Source: Paragordius varius (Eukaryota; Animalia; Nematomorpha). From it: DNA of 64,000 nucleotides. A program made the translations under genes and the position numbers. The notes beneath the pieces were generated by a model, which ran no database searches, was not told the origin of the DNA, and was given only the letters and a program-made list of their open reading frames with translations. Shown here piece after piece: positions 40,191-55,553 of this stretch; positions within the stretch are counted from its first letter, which is position 1; every line of letters starts with the position of its first letter. The stretch spans positions 1,240,001-1,304,000 of the forward strand of contig OZ176060.1 of the NCBI GenBank assembly GCA_964247055.1. Reading direction: 5' to 3'.

Positions 40191-42480
40191 TATAGATATG
40201 TAAACCAAATGAGGTTTATGAATGTACACACTATTTGGTAAATTTTATTGAAAAAAATTTTTTTTAGAAATCTATTTTAAAATCAACTTAAATTTATAAT
40301 ATATAGCATAATTTGTTTAGTTATATTACTTTGATTAAAATCTCTATTTATTAGAAATTGATATTTGGATGTTTTTTATTAAATAGCCTTATATTGCAAT
40401 AAACAATTCTTAATACATTTTTAATTTTTAAATAGATATCTATCGTGTCCAATAAACTTAAATTTTTAAAAATTATAGCAATTTTATGGTATTTTTTTAG
40501 ACAGTGGTGATTAACAAATAATTTAGAGAGCTGGAAAAAAATTTATCTCTACCATAATACTGATAAAACTTTATTGTTGTTTTACACATTTGGATATATC
40601 TACACTTAAATAAGTACAATAAAATTAAGATAAAAAATATACATTTTCAAGTCCCATTTTTCCTTTTATAATTAATGGGTAAGGCTGAGGTTCGAACTCA
40701 GGCAGTGTAAGAGTCCGGCGCCCTGCCTACTATATATAAAAACCGCTGTTTTTAAACTTGATTGTTTATAATATAACTTTCTGCCTTTGAATTTGTAAAA
40801 TAGGGACGTAGTAAGATGTTAAGGTAAATTTTTATATAACACAAGCATGATTGTCTTTTGAAAAATATTCCTAACTACATTTTGTTTGTATATTTTGAAC
40901 ATAAACTCCACCTTAGCTCCATAAAAAGCTTTTTATGGCCGTATGCGGCCGTGTTACGCGATTATCATAACACTTGTTTTTGCTCATACGCATGATTTTA
41001 TAAAGTGATTTCCATTTAATTTGTTCGACTTTGAAAAATGGGTAAGGCACTTTGTCGTTAAAATTATTTTTTTGGTTAAAGCTAAATATATTTTGAATAA
41101 AAATAAAAAAATGTTAAAATAAAATATAGGCTATATAACAAAGATTTAACAATACTGTTTTGAACTATGGAAAATGTGAGTTCTAGAGGCAGTTCATTTG
41201 AATTAACGCAAAATGCCGAGATAATGTTTAATTGCATATTTTGATTGAAATTTTAGGCGCAATTTAAAAACATATTACTTAAAAACAACGGTTTTTACAC
41301 GCAGTTCTGTGTAGTATTTACAAAGCCCGCAAGAAATTTAAACTAAATGAAATCGATTTCCTATACATATATTATATATAAATATTACCAAATTTTAGCA
41401 ATGAACTATCAATAATTACTAAAATAAATAGTGGTTTTTACTGTCTTATGTTTGAAACCAAAAAAATAGTTGTGTTTTGCGAATCGAGGCGACCCGGGAT
41501 CTTCGATCCAAAAATGCGGCCCACGCAACCATTTTTGCATCTCTGCCTTATATCAAACCAGTCTATAAAACCAAAAATAAAATCGTTTCGGAAATCAGAG
41601 AGAGTGAGAAAAGATTGTAGGTCAATTTCATGAATTGTTTTACCCCTAATGAAATAATTATGATACAGGACTATCGCCAATCAAGGCATAATTAACCTTT
41701 TATCAAAAAAGGTCCTGAACGGATAGAAGATTTGTAAAATTAAAATTATACGGGCAAAAAAAATTTAAGACAATTTTTTGTAAAAGACAACCTTATACTT
41801 TTCAGACCTTATGCCTGCATAAACTATTTGAATAGGATTTAAATAATATATATAATAATACATGGCGATTCCCTATTTTGCAACCCAGAACAACAGACAA
41901 TATTTGAAAAATAAAAAAATTAAGAAAGTATGGGGTTGATATATATATATATATATATATATATAAATTGTTTATTGTTTTTCATTTCTACGTTTTGCAC
42001 CCGATTTCAATTTTACCTTATTTATCTAAATTATGTTCCGTCTTACACAGATAAACTAAGAAAAAACATCTAAAAATCGCTTTGATAGGAAATTCTCTCA
42101 CACTTGGAGTGTAATCTCTTGTCGCCAAATTAAAATTATACGTAAAAATATAAAGACAAATTTTTTTTTCAAAAAGACAACTATACTTTTTATCATCTTG
42201 ATTTTTAAAATGTAACCTATTTCAAAGTGCAGAATATAAAATAGAGATGTTTGGTAACACAATTAGTTATATAGTTTACCATAATAATTAAATGAGTTTT
42301 AAAGGATAAATTAAGGTATAAAAAGTATGGTTGTCTTTTCTAATAAAATGTCTTTATATTTTAGCGTGTTATCCGGATACCAATTCGAGTTTCACTGTAA
42401 TAATTTTGAGGAATGATTAAAATAGCTTAACGAATGATTTTCCCCCAAAGACACAATTAGATTATCTGGCATGACACTTG

Positions 42481-42778
42481 TATAGTAAAAATTGAAATTA
42501 TACGGCAAAATGTAAAAATATAAAGAGAAAAATTTTTTTACAAAAGACAACCATATTTTTAAACCTTGATTTATCCTATAAAAAAACATTTAATTATACA
42601 ATCGTAAAGATAATTGATTGTGTCACCAATTTATATTTTTTATTTTATACTTTGTAATTTAAAACAATCAATTAGTTATATTTAAAAATCAAGGTTAAAA
42701 AAGTAGGGTAATCTTTTAGAAAAAATATGTGTCTTTATATTTTCAAGTTTTGTACGTATAATTTCAATATTTACTCTA
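42481..42778. mobile_element. Tc1/pogo-like about 290-bp MITE family (TACAGT..ACTGTA ends, internal GACAACCATAC); representative copy
   Basis: Palindromic element; further copies near 19915-20124, 21110-21395, 21606-21910, 41740-42020, 42130-42395, 44030-44302, 50930-51180, 51573-51850 and 52060-52329. Confidence 0.7.
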
Positions 42779-43244
42779 AATTATCACAAAGAGATGGCTC
42801 ATTGCAAAATATATATAGAAAGCGATGGACAAATTTATTAAATATTTAAAATGTTTCATTTACCGAAAAACCATTAAAAACTTAGAAATACACCCAAACT
42901 TAGATATAAATCGTATTGAATCAAATAAAAATTCATTTTGCATTTTAAGCACAACCTTATGCAAAAAAAATATTTAGGAAAAATTTTATGTTAAAAAAAT
43001 TTTAATCTTGAACTTATCATTAATAAATTTTGCCAAATCTATGGCACATGGAGATTTAAAAATGGAAAATTTCTTATTTTTAATTTTATTTTTAGGGACA
43101 AACTTTCGATAATTAATTTAGAATTCCGAAATCTTCTTCCTGAATTTTAAAAGCCTTAAAAAATCTGGACCGCCAAAATATATGGACATTAACAAAAATT
43201 TATTAGATTTTGAACATAAGACTGTTAAAACAACTATTCAATAT

Positions 43245-43960
43245 AAAACCTTAGTTATCGCGATAAAATTAAAAAAAAAATAATGAAAATTGTTTAAGAA
43301 ATTATCAATTTTATTTTGATTACGTATATAATTTTTTAAAATTTCTCGCGGTCTAAAGAAATTTTTTGAAAAGGGGCATGTTACGCTGGTTTAAAGTCTA
43401 GGATGGGCGTAGACGAATGGCTTAGTAGTACGCATTAGAAAACTATATGTTTCAAGATTTTTTACTTTTCAAAAATAAGGCATTAAATTCGTATAAAAAT
43501 TTAGTTTATCGCGATAAAATTAAAAAAATAATAATAATAAAAATTGTTTAAGAAAGTCAATTTTATTAAAATTACATATATAATTTTTTTTATCTCGCGG
43601 TCTGCAGAAATAAATAAATATGCACTTCCGATTTAAACTTTAGAATGGGCGTGGAAGAATTGCTTACAAGTTCGCATTAAAAAAATATAGGAGCTTTTAT
43701 AGATATTTTGCTTGATTTTAAACATAAGGCAGTAAATTCATATAAAAACTTAGTTTATCGCGATAAAATTAAAAAATAATAATGGAAACTGTTTAAGAAA
43801 TATTAATTTTATTTTGATTACGTATATAATTTTTTTAAATTTCTCGCGGTCCGGAGAAATATTTTAAATACGAACTTTTGGTTTAAACTCTAGAATGGGC
43901 ATGGAGAATACTATAGGAGCTTTTATGGATATTTTGCTTGATTTCAAACATAAGTCAGTT
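43245..43960. repeat. Three tandem about 250-bp units
   Basis: TTAGTTTATCGCGATAAAATTAAAAAA...TCTCGCGGTC...TAGAATGGGC repeated three times. Confidence 0.8.
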
Positions 43961-46900
43961 AATTTCAAACATGTAACTTTTATATTGCGTTTAAAATCAG
44001 GGGTATAATAAATAACCTAATGAATTATACAGAATTATACGGACGGACAATTAAAGACAAATATTTTTTTTTCATAAGACAACCATACTTTTATGTTCAA
44101 AATTATTTAAAATTTAAATAATTATTTAAAATTGCAAAGTATGGAATATAAATGTGGTAACACAATCAATCATTAATTTTTTAAACTAAATAGCTAATAT
44201 GAGAAAAATTAAGGTTTTATAAAGTATAGGGTTGTATTTCAGATAAAAATATTTGTCTTTATATTTTAACGTTTTGGCCATATAATTTCAGTTTTCACTG
44301 TATATATGTGATAGAAAAGCGTATAGATTCTGGTGCTTTTGATTTTAGCCCTTATGAGTAATTTAAAAATTTGCCCATTTTGTGAAATTAAGTTTTATTG
44401 GGGAAGTTTAATGCTTTTCAAAAATAGAACATTAAAATATATATATTACATTTATTGTTATATTTTTAAATAAAAAGGCAGTTTCGAAAGTCTCAAATTG
44501 TTTGACACGTAGTAAAAATAAATAAATTCTTGTTATATAAAGGCGACAGAACCGAGAACGCGCTATAAAAAACTTAAATATATGCAAAACTTGAGATCAT
44601 TAAAAGTTTTTCTAAAAAAGGGTGAATATTTTACTCAAAAATATAATTTATAGCAATTTCGTCAAGCGAGTTTACAGTATTTTCAAGCATGATAAAAACG
44701 ATATAAAAAAATTTTAAATTATAGCAATCGTTTTATATTTATATGATTCTGAATTTATTATATGATAATTTAAATAAAAGGTTTATTTTTTGAAATTTGG
44801 ATATATTTCAAAAATAAAAAGATTATATTAAACATTATTGTTTCAATCAAATTCCTGGGATAATGGAAATGTTCTGCATAATCAAATTTTATATAAAAAA
44901 TGTTTTAATTATATTTCCTCTGCCTTTAAAATAGTATGAAGTATGCTCAAAACTTTGTTAAAGATTTTGAACAAAGTCTGCATTTTTCATAAAAATAAGA
45001 TTTTGGATGCCATAATTAAGCATATGTATATAGTATTATAGCAAAAACTCGGCATTTTTGTGTTTATTCTAAGAATACCAGCCCTATTTAGAAGGGAAAA
45101 ATGTTTTGGATTTTCGAAGCCCAGACCTTTTGTGTGTAGTGTTATATCGATAATCTTTAAAGTATGTGAGATATTTGGTTGAATTTAAATTTAGCTTTCT
45201 TCAGCCTTATAAGCGCATAATATACAAATGTATTTTATAAAAATCTAAAATTGTCAAAAAATCCTTACCTTGAATTTCTTCGCCGCCATTTCCTTTTTTA
45301 AATCGTTAAGTAAAAATAAATTTTTATTATGAATAGGATGCAAATAATTAGTTTTTTAAGCTTTCAAGATACATTTCCCAGCAAAAACTTGATATTTATC
45401 GATTTTAAATTTAGTGGTTAAGTTCAATCGTTACGCTTACCCAATTTTAGATTCTAAAAGTTTAAAAACTATAAAAATATAGCCTTTTTTAATCAACACT
45501 GGAAAACAAAGTTTGATAATTAAATTTTAACTTCAATAACTTTAAAAAAGAGATTTATTATTACCCCAATTATTATCGGCACAATAAAATGAAAATAAAG
45601 TATTAAAATTTTACAAATATATCGTTCTACCCCTTTAAATATATTGTGCCATATATTTTCATAGTTATTTATTTATGGAATAAGGTATTTAGCTTTTACC
45701 AAATTTTAAACAAACATAATTTGAACTATTTTTACATTTTACGATATGTAGCGATTACATAAGCCCCAAAACCACCATAATATTCCCCATAAAAATCCTA
45801 TTAAACATCTTGCGCTATAACTTATATAACATTTGAATACAAATCAGGTCTAGATTTCTTTGATATTGGGGTTATTGACTACCCTAGGTCTGTCTAAAAT
45901 CAAATATATGAAATATATTGAAACCATTTCAATTTGCAGTTATACAAGATTAATGCACTGAGATATAAAAATTATTCATGTTTGCGTTTATTTTTAAAAA
46001 AATAGCACAGAGTCCGTATCTAATACAAAAAACTAGTATTTTGCTCTATATGTAGTGTATGATATATTTTAAATGATGCTTTTTACGAAACCAGTTTTCA
46101 TCAAAAATTACATTTAGTATAATAATAATGTGTTCTGAATATATGGGAAAATTATCACAAAGCTGTATATATCATAATTAAATGAGACTAGTATTACAAA
46201 ATCAAAAGCACCGTTTATCCTGATACATTATCTATCAGAACATAATTATATTTCATCAAGATATTTTTTATATTTCCCAATTCGATGCACTGATATTAAG
46301 GATTATTTAGCGATTTAACAAAAAAATATTAGATGTTCGTCTTGGTTTTTGGCCTTAGGAGTCATTTAAGTAAAATTTTTGTGTAATTGGTCCGTATCAA
46401 GTAATCCTGAATTCGCTCATATTATGCTTAACTTTTTTGATATCTAAACACTTTATTCCAAAAAACATCATAAATTATATCATAAACCATATTTTAAAAG
46501 AAGCAAAATAATATTATAAAAAAATTTTGATCAGGGGTCTGAAAGTCTAAAATTTTTGCCCCCCCCCTCTCAAAAATATGCCCCCTTATATAAAAATGTT
46601 TATATATGTTAGATTATGGCATTAAAAAAATATTTTTTAAAATGCATACTTTGCTCAAAAACTTAATTAGCGAATGTTTGTTAAAAATATATTGGGTGGG
46701 GTGATAAAAAAGTCGCACTTGACTTGTAAGCCAAGCGTGGCAAGTTGAGCAAGATTACTTAAGCCAGTAAGTGTACACTTGAAGATCGGTGATAAAAAAA
46801 AACACTTAAGTCAAGTTTTTTGCTTATGAATGTAACAGTTTTTTGCCACCCAATTCGAATTTTATGGAAATTCTTTGGATCATTTTCAGCTAAAATTTAT

Positions 46901-47679
46901 GAAATAAGGCACAAAAAGAATAAACACCCAATACTATATGCATTTATTGAAGTAAAACTCAAAGTTAGGTATGTTAAAATAATAAATATTAAGATTTTTT
47001 TAAATATTCAACCCTATACCTATAGTTTTTAAGAAACCATTCGCCCTTCAAACACTCTTATATAATTAATTTTACTACAAGTTTAACATATTACAGGTAT
47101 AATACATATATAATTTTAGATTATATCTTAATTATTAATTTAAAGCAACATTAGTCTCACTAAATAACAATTGCGCTTAAAAAAATTAACAAAGGTATAT
47201 TTGAGGGCAGGTGATATCTGTAAAAATACAATTAATTCAAGTAAAAATATTGGTATAATTATATAGATTGTTAAACGTTAATAAACGTATTTACTTTAAT
47301 ACGCATCCTGAACAACTTTTGTCATTAATTCTGTATATCTATAAATTAAGGTTAATTTATTTTTGAAAATACATATATAACCTTTTAGATTTTAAAAAAA
47401 TATCCTTTTATTTGTTAACTGATTACAGCAATGTACATGAACAATTTCAAAAACAAATTGGAGCGCAAAAAAATAGAGTTGGAACATATATGAAACGTTT
47501 GTTAAGATTTAATGATGAAAGCATATCGATTTTATAACACTTCACAAATTTTCCCTACCGACCGATATTATTGAGTGTGGAGATTTTCCTCCGTTACATT
47601 AGCGACCCCGGCTTTCTGTACAACGATCAACCGTAACTAAAACAGTATCTAAAGTGGCGGAAAAAATTTGTGACATTGC

Positions 47680-48200
47680 TCATAAAAGGATCCGATTTCC
47701 ATCTGACCAGTTTCAACCCTAAACAACGTTGGCAGAAGAATCATAAGATGCCAAAATGCCATAGACTGTACCGGTACCCACATCGACATCATGAGGCCTA
47801 GGGGAATTTGGTGACGAATATATCAAAACCGAAAAGGCCGTTATAGCCTTAATTGTCAATTTACCTGTGACGGTGATGAATTTATAACGAGTTTAAACGC
47901 TAAAATGCCGGCGGGAAGCGTTCATGATAGCCGGATTTTCCGCAAAAGTAAAATACGTTCCATTTTAGCCAATACCAATGCGGCACTATTGGGTGACACT
48001 GGGTATGGAATTACTTCATATATAATAACACCATTTAAAAACCACCCTAACAACCTTTTACAAACGAAGTTTAATACATTCCATGCTAGAGAAAGAATAG
48101 TCATTGAAAGTGCTATTTGGTCAAACAACTCAAACGCAGGTTTCCCATATTGCAGCATAATAAAATACGAGTCCATTTGGATACCGCAGTAAATATTATT
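47680..48200 (+). pseudogene. Harbinger/HARBI1-type DDE transposase pseudogene
   Basis: AIDCTGTHI, RKGRYSLNCQFTCD, AGSVHDSRIFRKS, LLGDTGY, FNTFHARERIVIESAI across frameshifts. Confidence 0.85.
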
Positions 48201-49149
48201 GTACATAATATGACTAAATTTTTAAAGGATGATTTAGATATAGATGATGTAATATCAATTGATTTAGATAGATAATATTAATAACGATGATGATTGCGAA
48301 GATTAAGACAATATGGATAATGCTTTGACAGACGAAAGAATCTCTCAGGTTAACAAAAAAGAGATAACATACATTGTAAATGTATTAAAAACATTAAATT
48401 TATTATAAATATATTATGCTACAAATAATGATTCGTATGGATTATATATATATATATATATATTAATTACATTTTAATATTGGATTACATTTTGAAAAGT
48501 TATAATAAATTTATTTCACGAATTAAAATTATTATTGAGTTTATGTTTCTCCAGCAGTAAAACTACTTCTTTCTGAAGCAGTAATACTTCATAATGAAGC
48601 TCCAAAACTTTGCATTGCATATTGGCTATAGTATTTTGTGGGACACCTTTTTTGATTCTTTATATATTTTTTTATTTGTAGTTGGTCGCGGCACGGATGT
48701 ACCTATAATAATATAAATTAAAATTGACATTTTTATTACGTCTATCTATACCTTTAATATCGAGAGATTAAAAAAATCAGAGAGTTACAATTGTATATAT
48801 ATAAGACTTACAAGGAATATCAACGGCAATCGTTACGATACCACATTCTTTACCACCAGGAACATTAATATGCACTGATCCAACATAACCTTCTCATGGG
48901 GTAATAACACAATTTTTTTATTACCTACCTATGTAAATAGGTAGATAAGGATTTCAACTAAAAATAATATTAACCGAGACTTAGGTGTTTTTATATTTTT
49001 TGTGATGAATGAAATCACGTTTTGTGATGTGTTAAAAATTTCCTAACATTCTTGCTAATTATTTTATTAACTTTGTATTAAAAATACCCCTACCTTAACA
49101 TATTTCCTAAGTCATAAAAAATAATGGGCATAGTGAAATTGCCTTGATT

Positions 49150-49330
49150 ATGATAAAAAAGGGTAAGCCCGTTATAAATAATACCTGTTTGACAATTTGC
49201 GACATTTTTTTCAATTGAGAAATATTAATATCTTCCCCAGTGTCCATCACGAATTCCTGGTGTATGTCTCTCCATACTGCTTAACGTTTTGCTTTTGATT
49301 TTGGGAGGAGCCCCATTTGCAAATACAATG
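49150..49330 (-). pseudogene. Myb/SANT-like second ORF relic of the Harbinger element
   Basis: K.KR*AVWRDIHQEFVMDTGEDINISQLKKM, convergent with the transposase. Confidence 0.5.
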
Positions 49331-51365
49331 GGATATCTATTAAACATAGGTTAGGAATAAAAATATAATAAATTTAAAATTTATTACTTTTTTAGAATTT
49401 CCACTAACTTATCTCTATTCATGAAAAGAATAGAGAATTTTAGCTAAATATTAAAATAACGAGTTGAAATATATAAAAAATACTTATATAATACTAAAAT
49501 TAACTTTTATGATTAGCGGTTAGTTGACATGTGTTATGATAAAAGCAAATTATTTTTTTGTATGTGTATGTTATATCAATATAAATCAAATACCTTAAAA
49601 AAATTGCTTGAGTTAATACTATTCCTTTACTTCATTTGTTAATTTTTATTGCTAGACTTTTCTTGTCTTTTTTTGAAGAAATTACTCGGAGTGCAATTAG
49701 TTTCTATAAAATAAATATGATTACACATTTTGTACAGTTTTTCCAAACTTTCATTCTCTTCTGTATCCACCCACTTTGAATAGGTAAAATTAGCCAAAAT
49801 TAGCAAATAAACAGACCAAAGGTTCCAATTACATATAAAACCTAAATTATATACATAAAAAGTTACTAAAATATTTTTTTCTCATATTTTTGTATATGTC
49901 AAGTTCAAGTTTTTCTTCACCATATGATTTTTTATCACCTTCTGTTCAAGTTTTCTTGCTTGACTTAAGTGCCCTAATGTTAATTTTGTTTTATCACATG
50001 AAAGCAAGCCATGACTTGAAAAACTTGTAAGCCAAGTCAAAAAAATTTTTTTTATCACCCCACCCATTATATTAAAGCTTTATTGAACCGGTATAAAATC
50101 CTGAAAGCTATTATAAAACCGTTACATTTAAGAATGCTTGACATTTCTATCACCTTACAAAATTAATTTGACTTCAATATTAGGTGATTTTTGTACAAAA
50201 ACAATTTATAAATAATATTATTATGAAAATTAACGGATTTTTAATCGAAATTTTGAGCGATAGAAACGTTTTGCATCGTATTATAAAAGTATTTTTATAA
50301 TAACTTAAAACGTTTTTACCCCATGCTTTAAATTACGATACGCTTCAACCAATTTTTCTAAAAATTGAATTTTTGAACAAAGAATACATTTTTAGTTCAA
50401 AAATATTTTTTTGATACTATAATCTAGCCTATATGAAATAATATATTGCAAAATTTGGCATTTTTGCGTTAGTCTATTTTAAAGAAGGGCGAACATTCAA
50501 AACTGTCGGAGACCACATCTAAAAATTAAATATCTAAAACTATTCTGCTTTTTAAGTACATGATATATTTGGATGATATTTTTTGAAATAATATATAAAA
50601 AACTTTATATATATATATCATAATGTGCGTTAATTTTTCGATTTAACGATATCGTCCAATTATCAAATCAGTCTAAATAACTTTCATTTAGCACTCGTAA
50701 AGAGAGACCTGGCTATCAGAATATATATTTTTTACGTTCCTGAAGTTTAATTATATAGATATCATAATATATGTCTTTTGATTTGAAAGGCGACTGATTT
50801 TTTAAAAATAATTATGTTTTATTTAAGCCCAACGTAGTTTGGTTGTTTCAAGAAGGTTCTTGTGGATATATGTATTTGAAAATAAAAACATATCTAGTTT
50901 TATTTCAGATTACACAATCACTTATGTGCAGTAAAAATAGAAATTATACCAACAAAACGTAAAAATATAAAAACAGATATTTTTTGCAGACCATTTATAT
51001 TTTTGAACTTGAATTATTTTATGTAACTCATTGTTTTAAATTGCAGAGTAGGTAGAGATGTATCAATTATATATTTTCGTTTAATTCATGGATTTAAATA
51101 GCAAAAATTAAGGTTTAACAAAGTATGGATATCTTTTGGAAAAAAATATTAGTCTTTATTCGTTGTGTCTGAAATTTTAATGTAAATATGCATTAAGTTA
51201 TAATTATATACAGACAAAAAGTAAAAACTTAAAAACAAATATTTTTTCATAAATTACACCATATGTTTTATTTTATTTTCATTTACTACATCGTTTTATA
51301 AGTTGCAAAATATGGAAAGTAGATATAAATTGATTACAAATTTCCTCGTATATTTCAATATATAA

Positions 51366-51406
<41 letters not shown>

Positions 51407-52764
51407 TCAAAAAGCAGTGATTTATTTATATAAAAAATTTTGTCGTTTAGTTTTGAGTTATGTCTGTATAATATCAAATAAAACTAAAACAAGGGAGACT
51501 TTACGTGCGACCCACGAAAAATTGGGAAATTCATCATTTGCAAGAAGCTTACAAAATCTTAATTTAGATAAATACAGTAAAAACTGTAATTATACGGACA
51601 AAAATTAAAAATATAAAGACAAATATTTTTTTTCTAAAAGACAACCAATAATTTTCTTCACATTAATTATATAATTACAATTGTAAAATATATAATAGAT
51701 TGTTTAACCAATATACATATCAATTTTATACTTTGCAATACAATGAGTTATCTCTTTATAAAAATGAAGTTTAAATAAGCATGGTTATTGGAAAAAAACA
51801 TATGTCTACAATTCTAAGTTTTGTCCGTATAAAATCAATTTTTATTGTATGTCTTAAACAATATTTTTAATTAATCTATCCAATTGATTGGCAAAGAAGT
51901 AAAAAAAATTGTTATATTGTGTTCAGTATTATGTTTATAATTTAATATTATATTTAAAATAAATAATTTATAAAAACCCATATATAATTGCGAATATGCT
52001 GCCCGCTAAGTCATTTGTGTTGGACACCCCTGGACTAATTATGATTCTTCTAATGATTTACAGTTAAAATTGGAATCAAGAGAAATATGATTTTTTTCTA
52101 AAAGGCAACCATGCTATTTAAATTTTAAATTATTTTTATATATCTGATTATTTAAAACTGCAAATTGTATAATGGATAGTGTTACCAATAAACATTTCTA
52201 TCTCATACTTTATAGTTTTTAACAATGAGTTAAATTTTGAAAAATTAAGGTTTCAAAAAGTATGGTTATCTTTTGGAAAAAAATTGTCCTTATATTTTTA
52301 TGTTTTGTCCGTATATTTCAGTTACTGTAATATCTTATATATCAAAATTTTGGTTCAAAAAAGGCGTTGGTTTTTATTTGTATTTTTATCCTTATTATAA
52401 TAAAAATATAAGAAAACCTAAAAAGCAATAAAATTTAAAATCAAGGACTAATGCTCATTAGTTCAACTTATTTGAAATTTACGAAAAATCTAGCTAATTA
52501 ATAAAAAATAAGTGTTGTCTTTAAGTACTAAGTCTCAAGTTTGGTTGGAAAAATGTTGAATTTAAATTGAAAAAAAGGGTATTTATACGAAAAACACCAA
52601 AATATGAATAATAAACATTTATTAAGGGTAATACATGTAACAGATGTGGGCGAAATATATAAACGTACACTTTTAAATATTACAAACCTGAAAAAGAAGA
52701 ACAAAAAAAGAAAATATTTTTAAACAAAATTAATGATAAAAGTAAGCATTATTAAAACAATCTG

Positions 52765-53006
52765 ATACGATAAACAGTCATGTATCCTTTATTTTACAAA
52801 AATTTGTATTTTTTTTCGTTAAATGGGACAATAAATATTTGGTAAAGAATGGCAAAAACAAGAGCTCTATAATATTAACAATATCATATATTCATCAAAA
52901 AAGTATAAGATTACTTAGAGCTCTTGTTTTTTCCAATCTTTACCAAATATTTATCTCATTTAACGAAAAAAATATATTTTGCTAAAATAAGGGATACATG
53001 ACTGTA
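52765..53006. mobile_element. Palindromic MITE (ACAGTCATGTATCC ends)
   Basis: About 100-bp inverted arms. Confidence 0.65.
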
Positions 53007-53235
53007 ATATATCTATAATTTATAACTATTGAATATATGGTGGTGAGTGCGCGAACATATATATACGGATATTCAAACAAAAACATGTATGGAAAAACAA
53101 TTATATTGTAATGTAAAATAAATATGGTAGAATTATATAATTCTTTTAAAGTCAAAAAAAAGATTTAACATGTTTAAGATTATAATAGGAATAAAATAGC
53201 AGAAAAGGGATATTAGTTTCATATTAACTTTAAAA

Positions 53236-53456
53236 CAGTGGTATACCCGACCCAGAAAATGGGCTTCATAAAAGCATTTATAACAGAAATTAGATCTGAG
53301 ACTTTAATTTGAAAACAGAATAAAGATTAGCATTTTTTAAAGCTTTGGAAAATAAGAGAAATCGATGGCCGTACAAAATTAGCTTAAATGATTTTTAGGG
53401 GGGGCATAAAATATTTTGACAAGGGGCGCCTTGACAAAAAAGGTTGTGGACCACTG
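53236..53456. mobile_element. hAT-type MITE
   Basis: CAGTGG...CCACTG ends with a perfect 8-bp TSD CTTTAAAA. Confidence 0.8.
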
Positions 53457-54005
53457 CTTTAAAAAGTATTTAAAGACTGATTTGTGGTATCATCGAGAAA
53501 TTAATGAATTGGTTTAATCAAAACATATGTAATATATAACAAGCAAAATATAATTTTATCTATATAACAATAATTTGTTCAATTCAAGAATAATAAAATA
53601 TGGGTAACGGTATAATTTTGACGAAAAAAAACATAAAGAATCATTAGGGTTATGAAAAATAAGCCGGAAACAAAAGGTATTTATAAAAAGTTAACATTTG
53701 GATAAGATAGGATAACGGATCCTAACTAACCATATAATGTTATAAGTAATAATATATCTAACACGTAATAAAAACGAAATGGATTCATGTATATATATGC
53801 AACAAAGAAATAAACTAAACTATAATTAACTCATAGGTTATCCCAGGCTAACAAAAATAAATTGAATACATTTGTATTTTATCAAAAACCATTTCTTTTA
53901 TCAAAGCTCTCCCTTTAACGATATATAGAGGCGGTCGACCAACAGTATTTTATAGGATTAAAGGCTAGTTATAATCAGTATTTTTAAGACAGTTTCTGGT
54001 CATAT

Positions 54006-55198
54006 TCATTTATAACTAGTTTTGGGGCTTGACAGTTTCTTAGTTTTACCATGAGTGCTTGTGGTAAGAAAAGATGTGCAAGGAGTAACGGTACTGCTTG
54101 CACATGTTTTCGTTACCGCAAGCGTGGTGGTTGTAGGACGATGTATTAGGGCATCATTCACGAATGCCAATACATTGTCGTACGGAGACCAGTATTGAGG
54201 CTGGTAAAACGCTAAACTCCGAAGGGGTATATCCAACGTTTCAGCCATCTCATCCGTCGTGTATGATGGGGCACAACATGTGCTATTAATAGATGTACTA
54301 GTTTGAGTATTTGTTTTGTTAGCGGATCTAACATTTTTATGGCTCAAAGTGGTACTCAATGTATTACCTCCTAATGTAGATGTTCCCGTAAATACAATTT
54401 TTCCAGCTTTGGGTAAAACAAATGTCGAATTCGTGTTATTACTACCGGTGCTAACGGGATAACGCAGTTGCGGAACAGATGGCATCGCCAAATTTGTCAA
54501 CGTTTTGTTTGTCGTGTCATATAAAAATGTGCTATGGTAGTTAGAATTAGGGTAAGATTTGTTCGCTCCTGGTAACAATGGAATTGTGTGTAAGGAAGAA
54601 AGTTTTGCGGGTGGTTTATTTTCATTCATAATATTGTGGTGACTATTGTAATAGGGATAATAATTATATGATGATGATGATGACGCAGTTGTTGAAGGCG
54701 GAAATAGCGTAGCGTTTTGTTGCAATTGTAGCTGTTGTTTTTGTTGTAAAATCATGTAATTATGTTGCCAATGTTGGGTAAGTCGTGACAGGGTGGGATG
54801 TTCAAAGGGATGATGATGGGCTTGGACCGAAGAAACTAAACCGTCAACAGGATTATTAGTGGTTAAAACGATGTCATCACTCCTCGTGGTGCTCATACTA
54901 TTAAAGGGTAATGGGAAGTAGGTGCTATTACCATAAGAAAAACTCGGTGGAGACGAATTTGGATTAGAGATATTTGTTGAAGTGCTATTGCTGGTTGTTA
55001 TTGTTGTTGTTAGACTAAAACATGCCAGGGCACTCAAAACGTTGGCATCCTGTGTCACGGGACATGAACCATTATTGTAACGATAAACGTAAACGCGAAA
55101 ATCTTTGCTAGCAACAACGACAGAATCCTCGGCTAGTATGGCGACATCAAAGCACTGTGCATGTTTGACTTTGCTCTCCAATGCATCCAACAAATTAC
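54006..55198 (-). CDS. brat: brat last exon: final NHL repeat (ALESKVKHAQCFDVA..ASKDFRVYVYRY) plus about 350 aa of low-complexity tail
   Basis: TAG acceptor at phase 1 joins in frame; the frame stays open to the stop at 54006. Confidence 0.88.
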
Positions 55199-55553
55199 CT
55201 AACATTAGTAAAAAAATAAATACATTGATACAAAGGAGAGAAACAAAACGGTAAACGCATGGCAAAATTTGATAAATCAATTTTAATCACGATTTTTAAG
55301 CGAATTAATACAAAAAATTTGTCAAATGAATATGCATTTGAATCAGTTTTCGTGTTATACCATTATGATGAAAAGGATTTTAATTATGATTAACAAATGA
55401 TAAAGTAATATGGGGGCTTTATTGTGACTTATGGCATATAATTATTGACTAAAACGAAATTCAATAAGTCAATATAAAGTAATTATTAACAATTTAATTT
55501 AAACCGCGTAAGTTTTAAACCCTAATTTATAAGAAAAAAAATATTAATTTTAC

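Larger units (their letters stand above)
46694..50065 (+). mobile_element. Decayed PIF/Harbinger-group DNA transposon, TIR GGGTGGGGTGATAAAAAA, 3-bp TSD ATT
   Basis: Perfect inverted ends flanked by ATT at 46691-46693 and 50066-50068; contains transposase and Myb/SANT-like relics. Confidence 0.85.

Noticed and set aside
41438-41680. Coding-like patch upstream of RPL7A (overlapping ORFs on both strands)
   Set aside because: No convincing family motif or exon chain; faint TE-like words (LIGDSP, WLRGPHFW) are insufficient.
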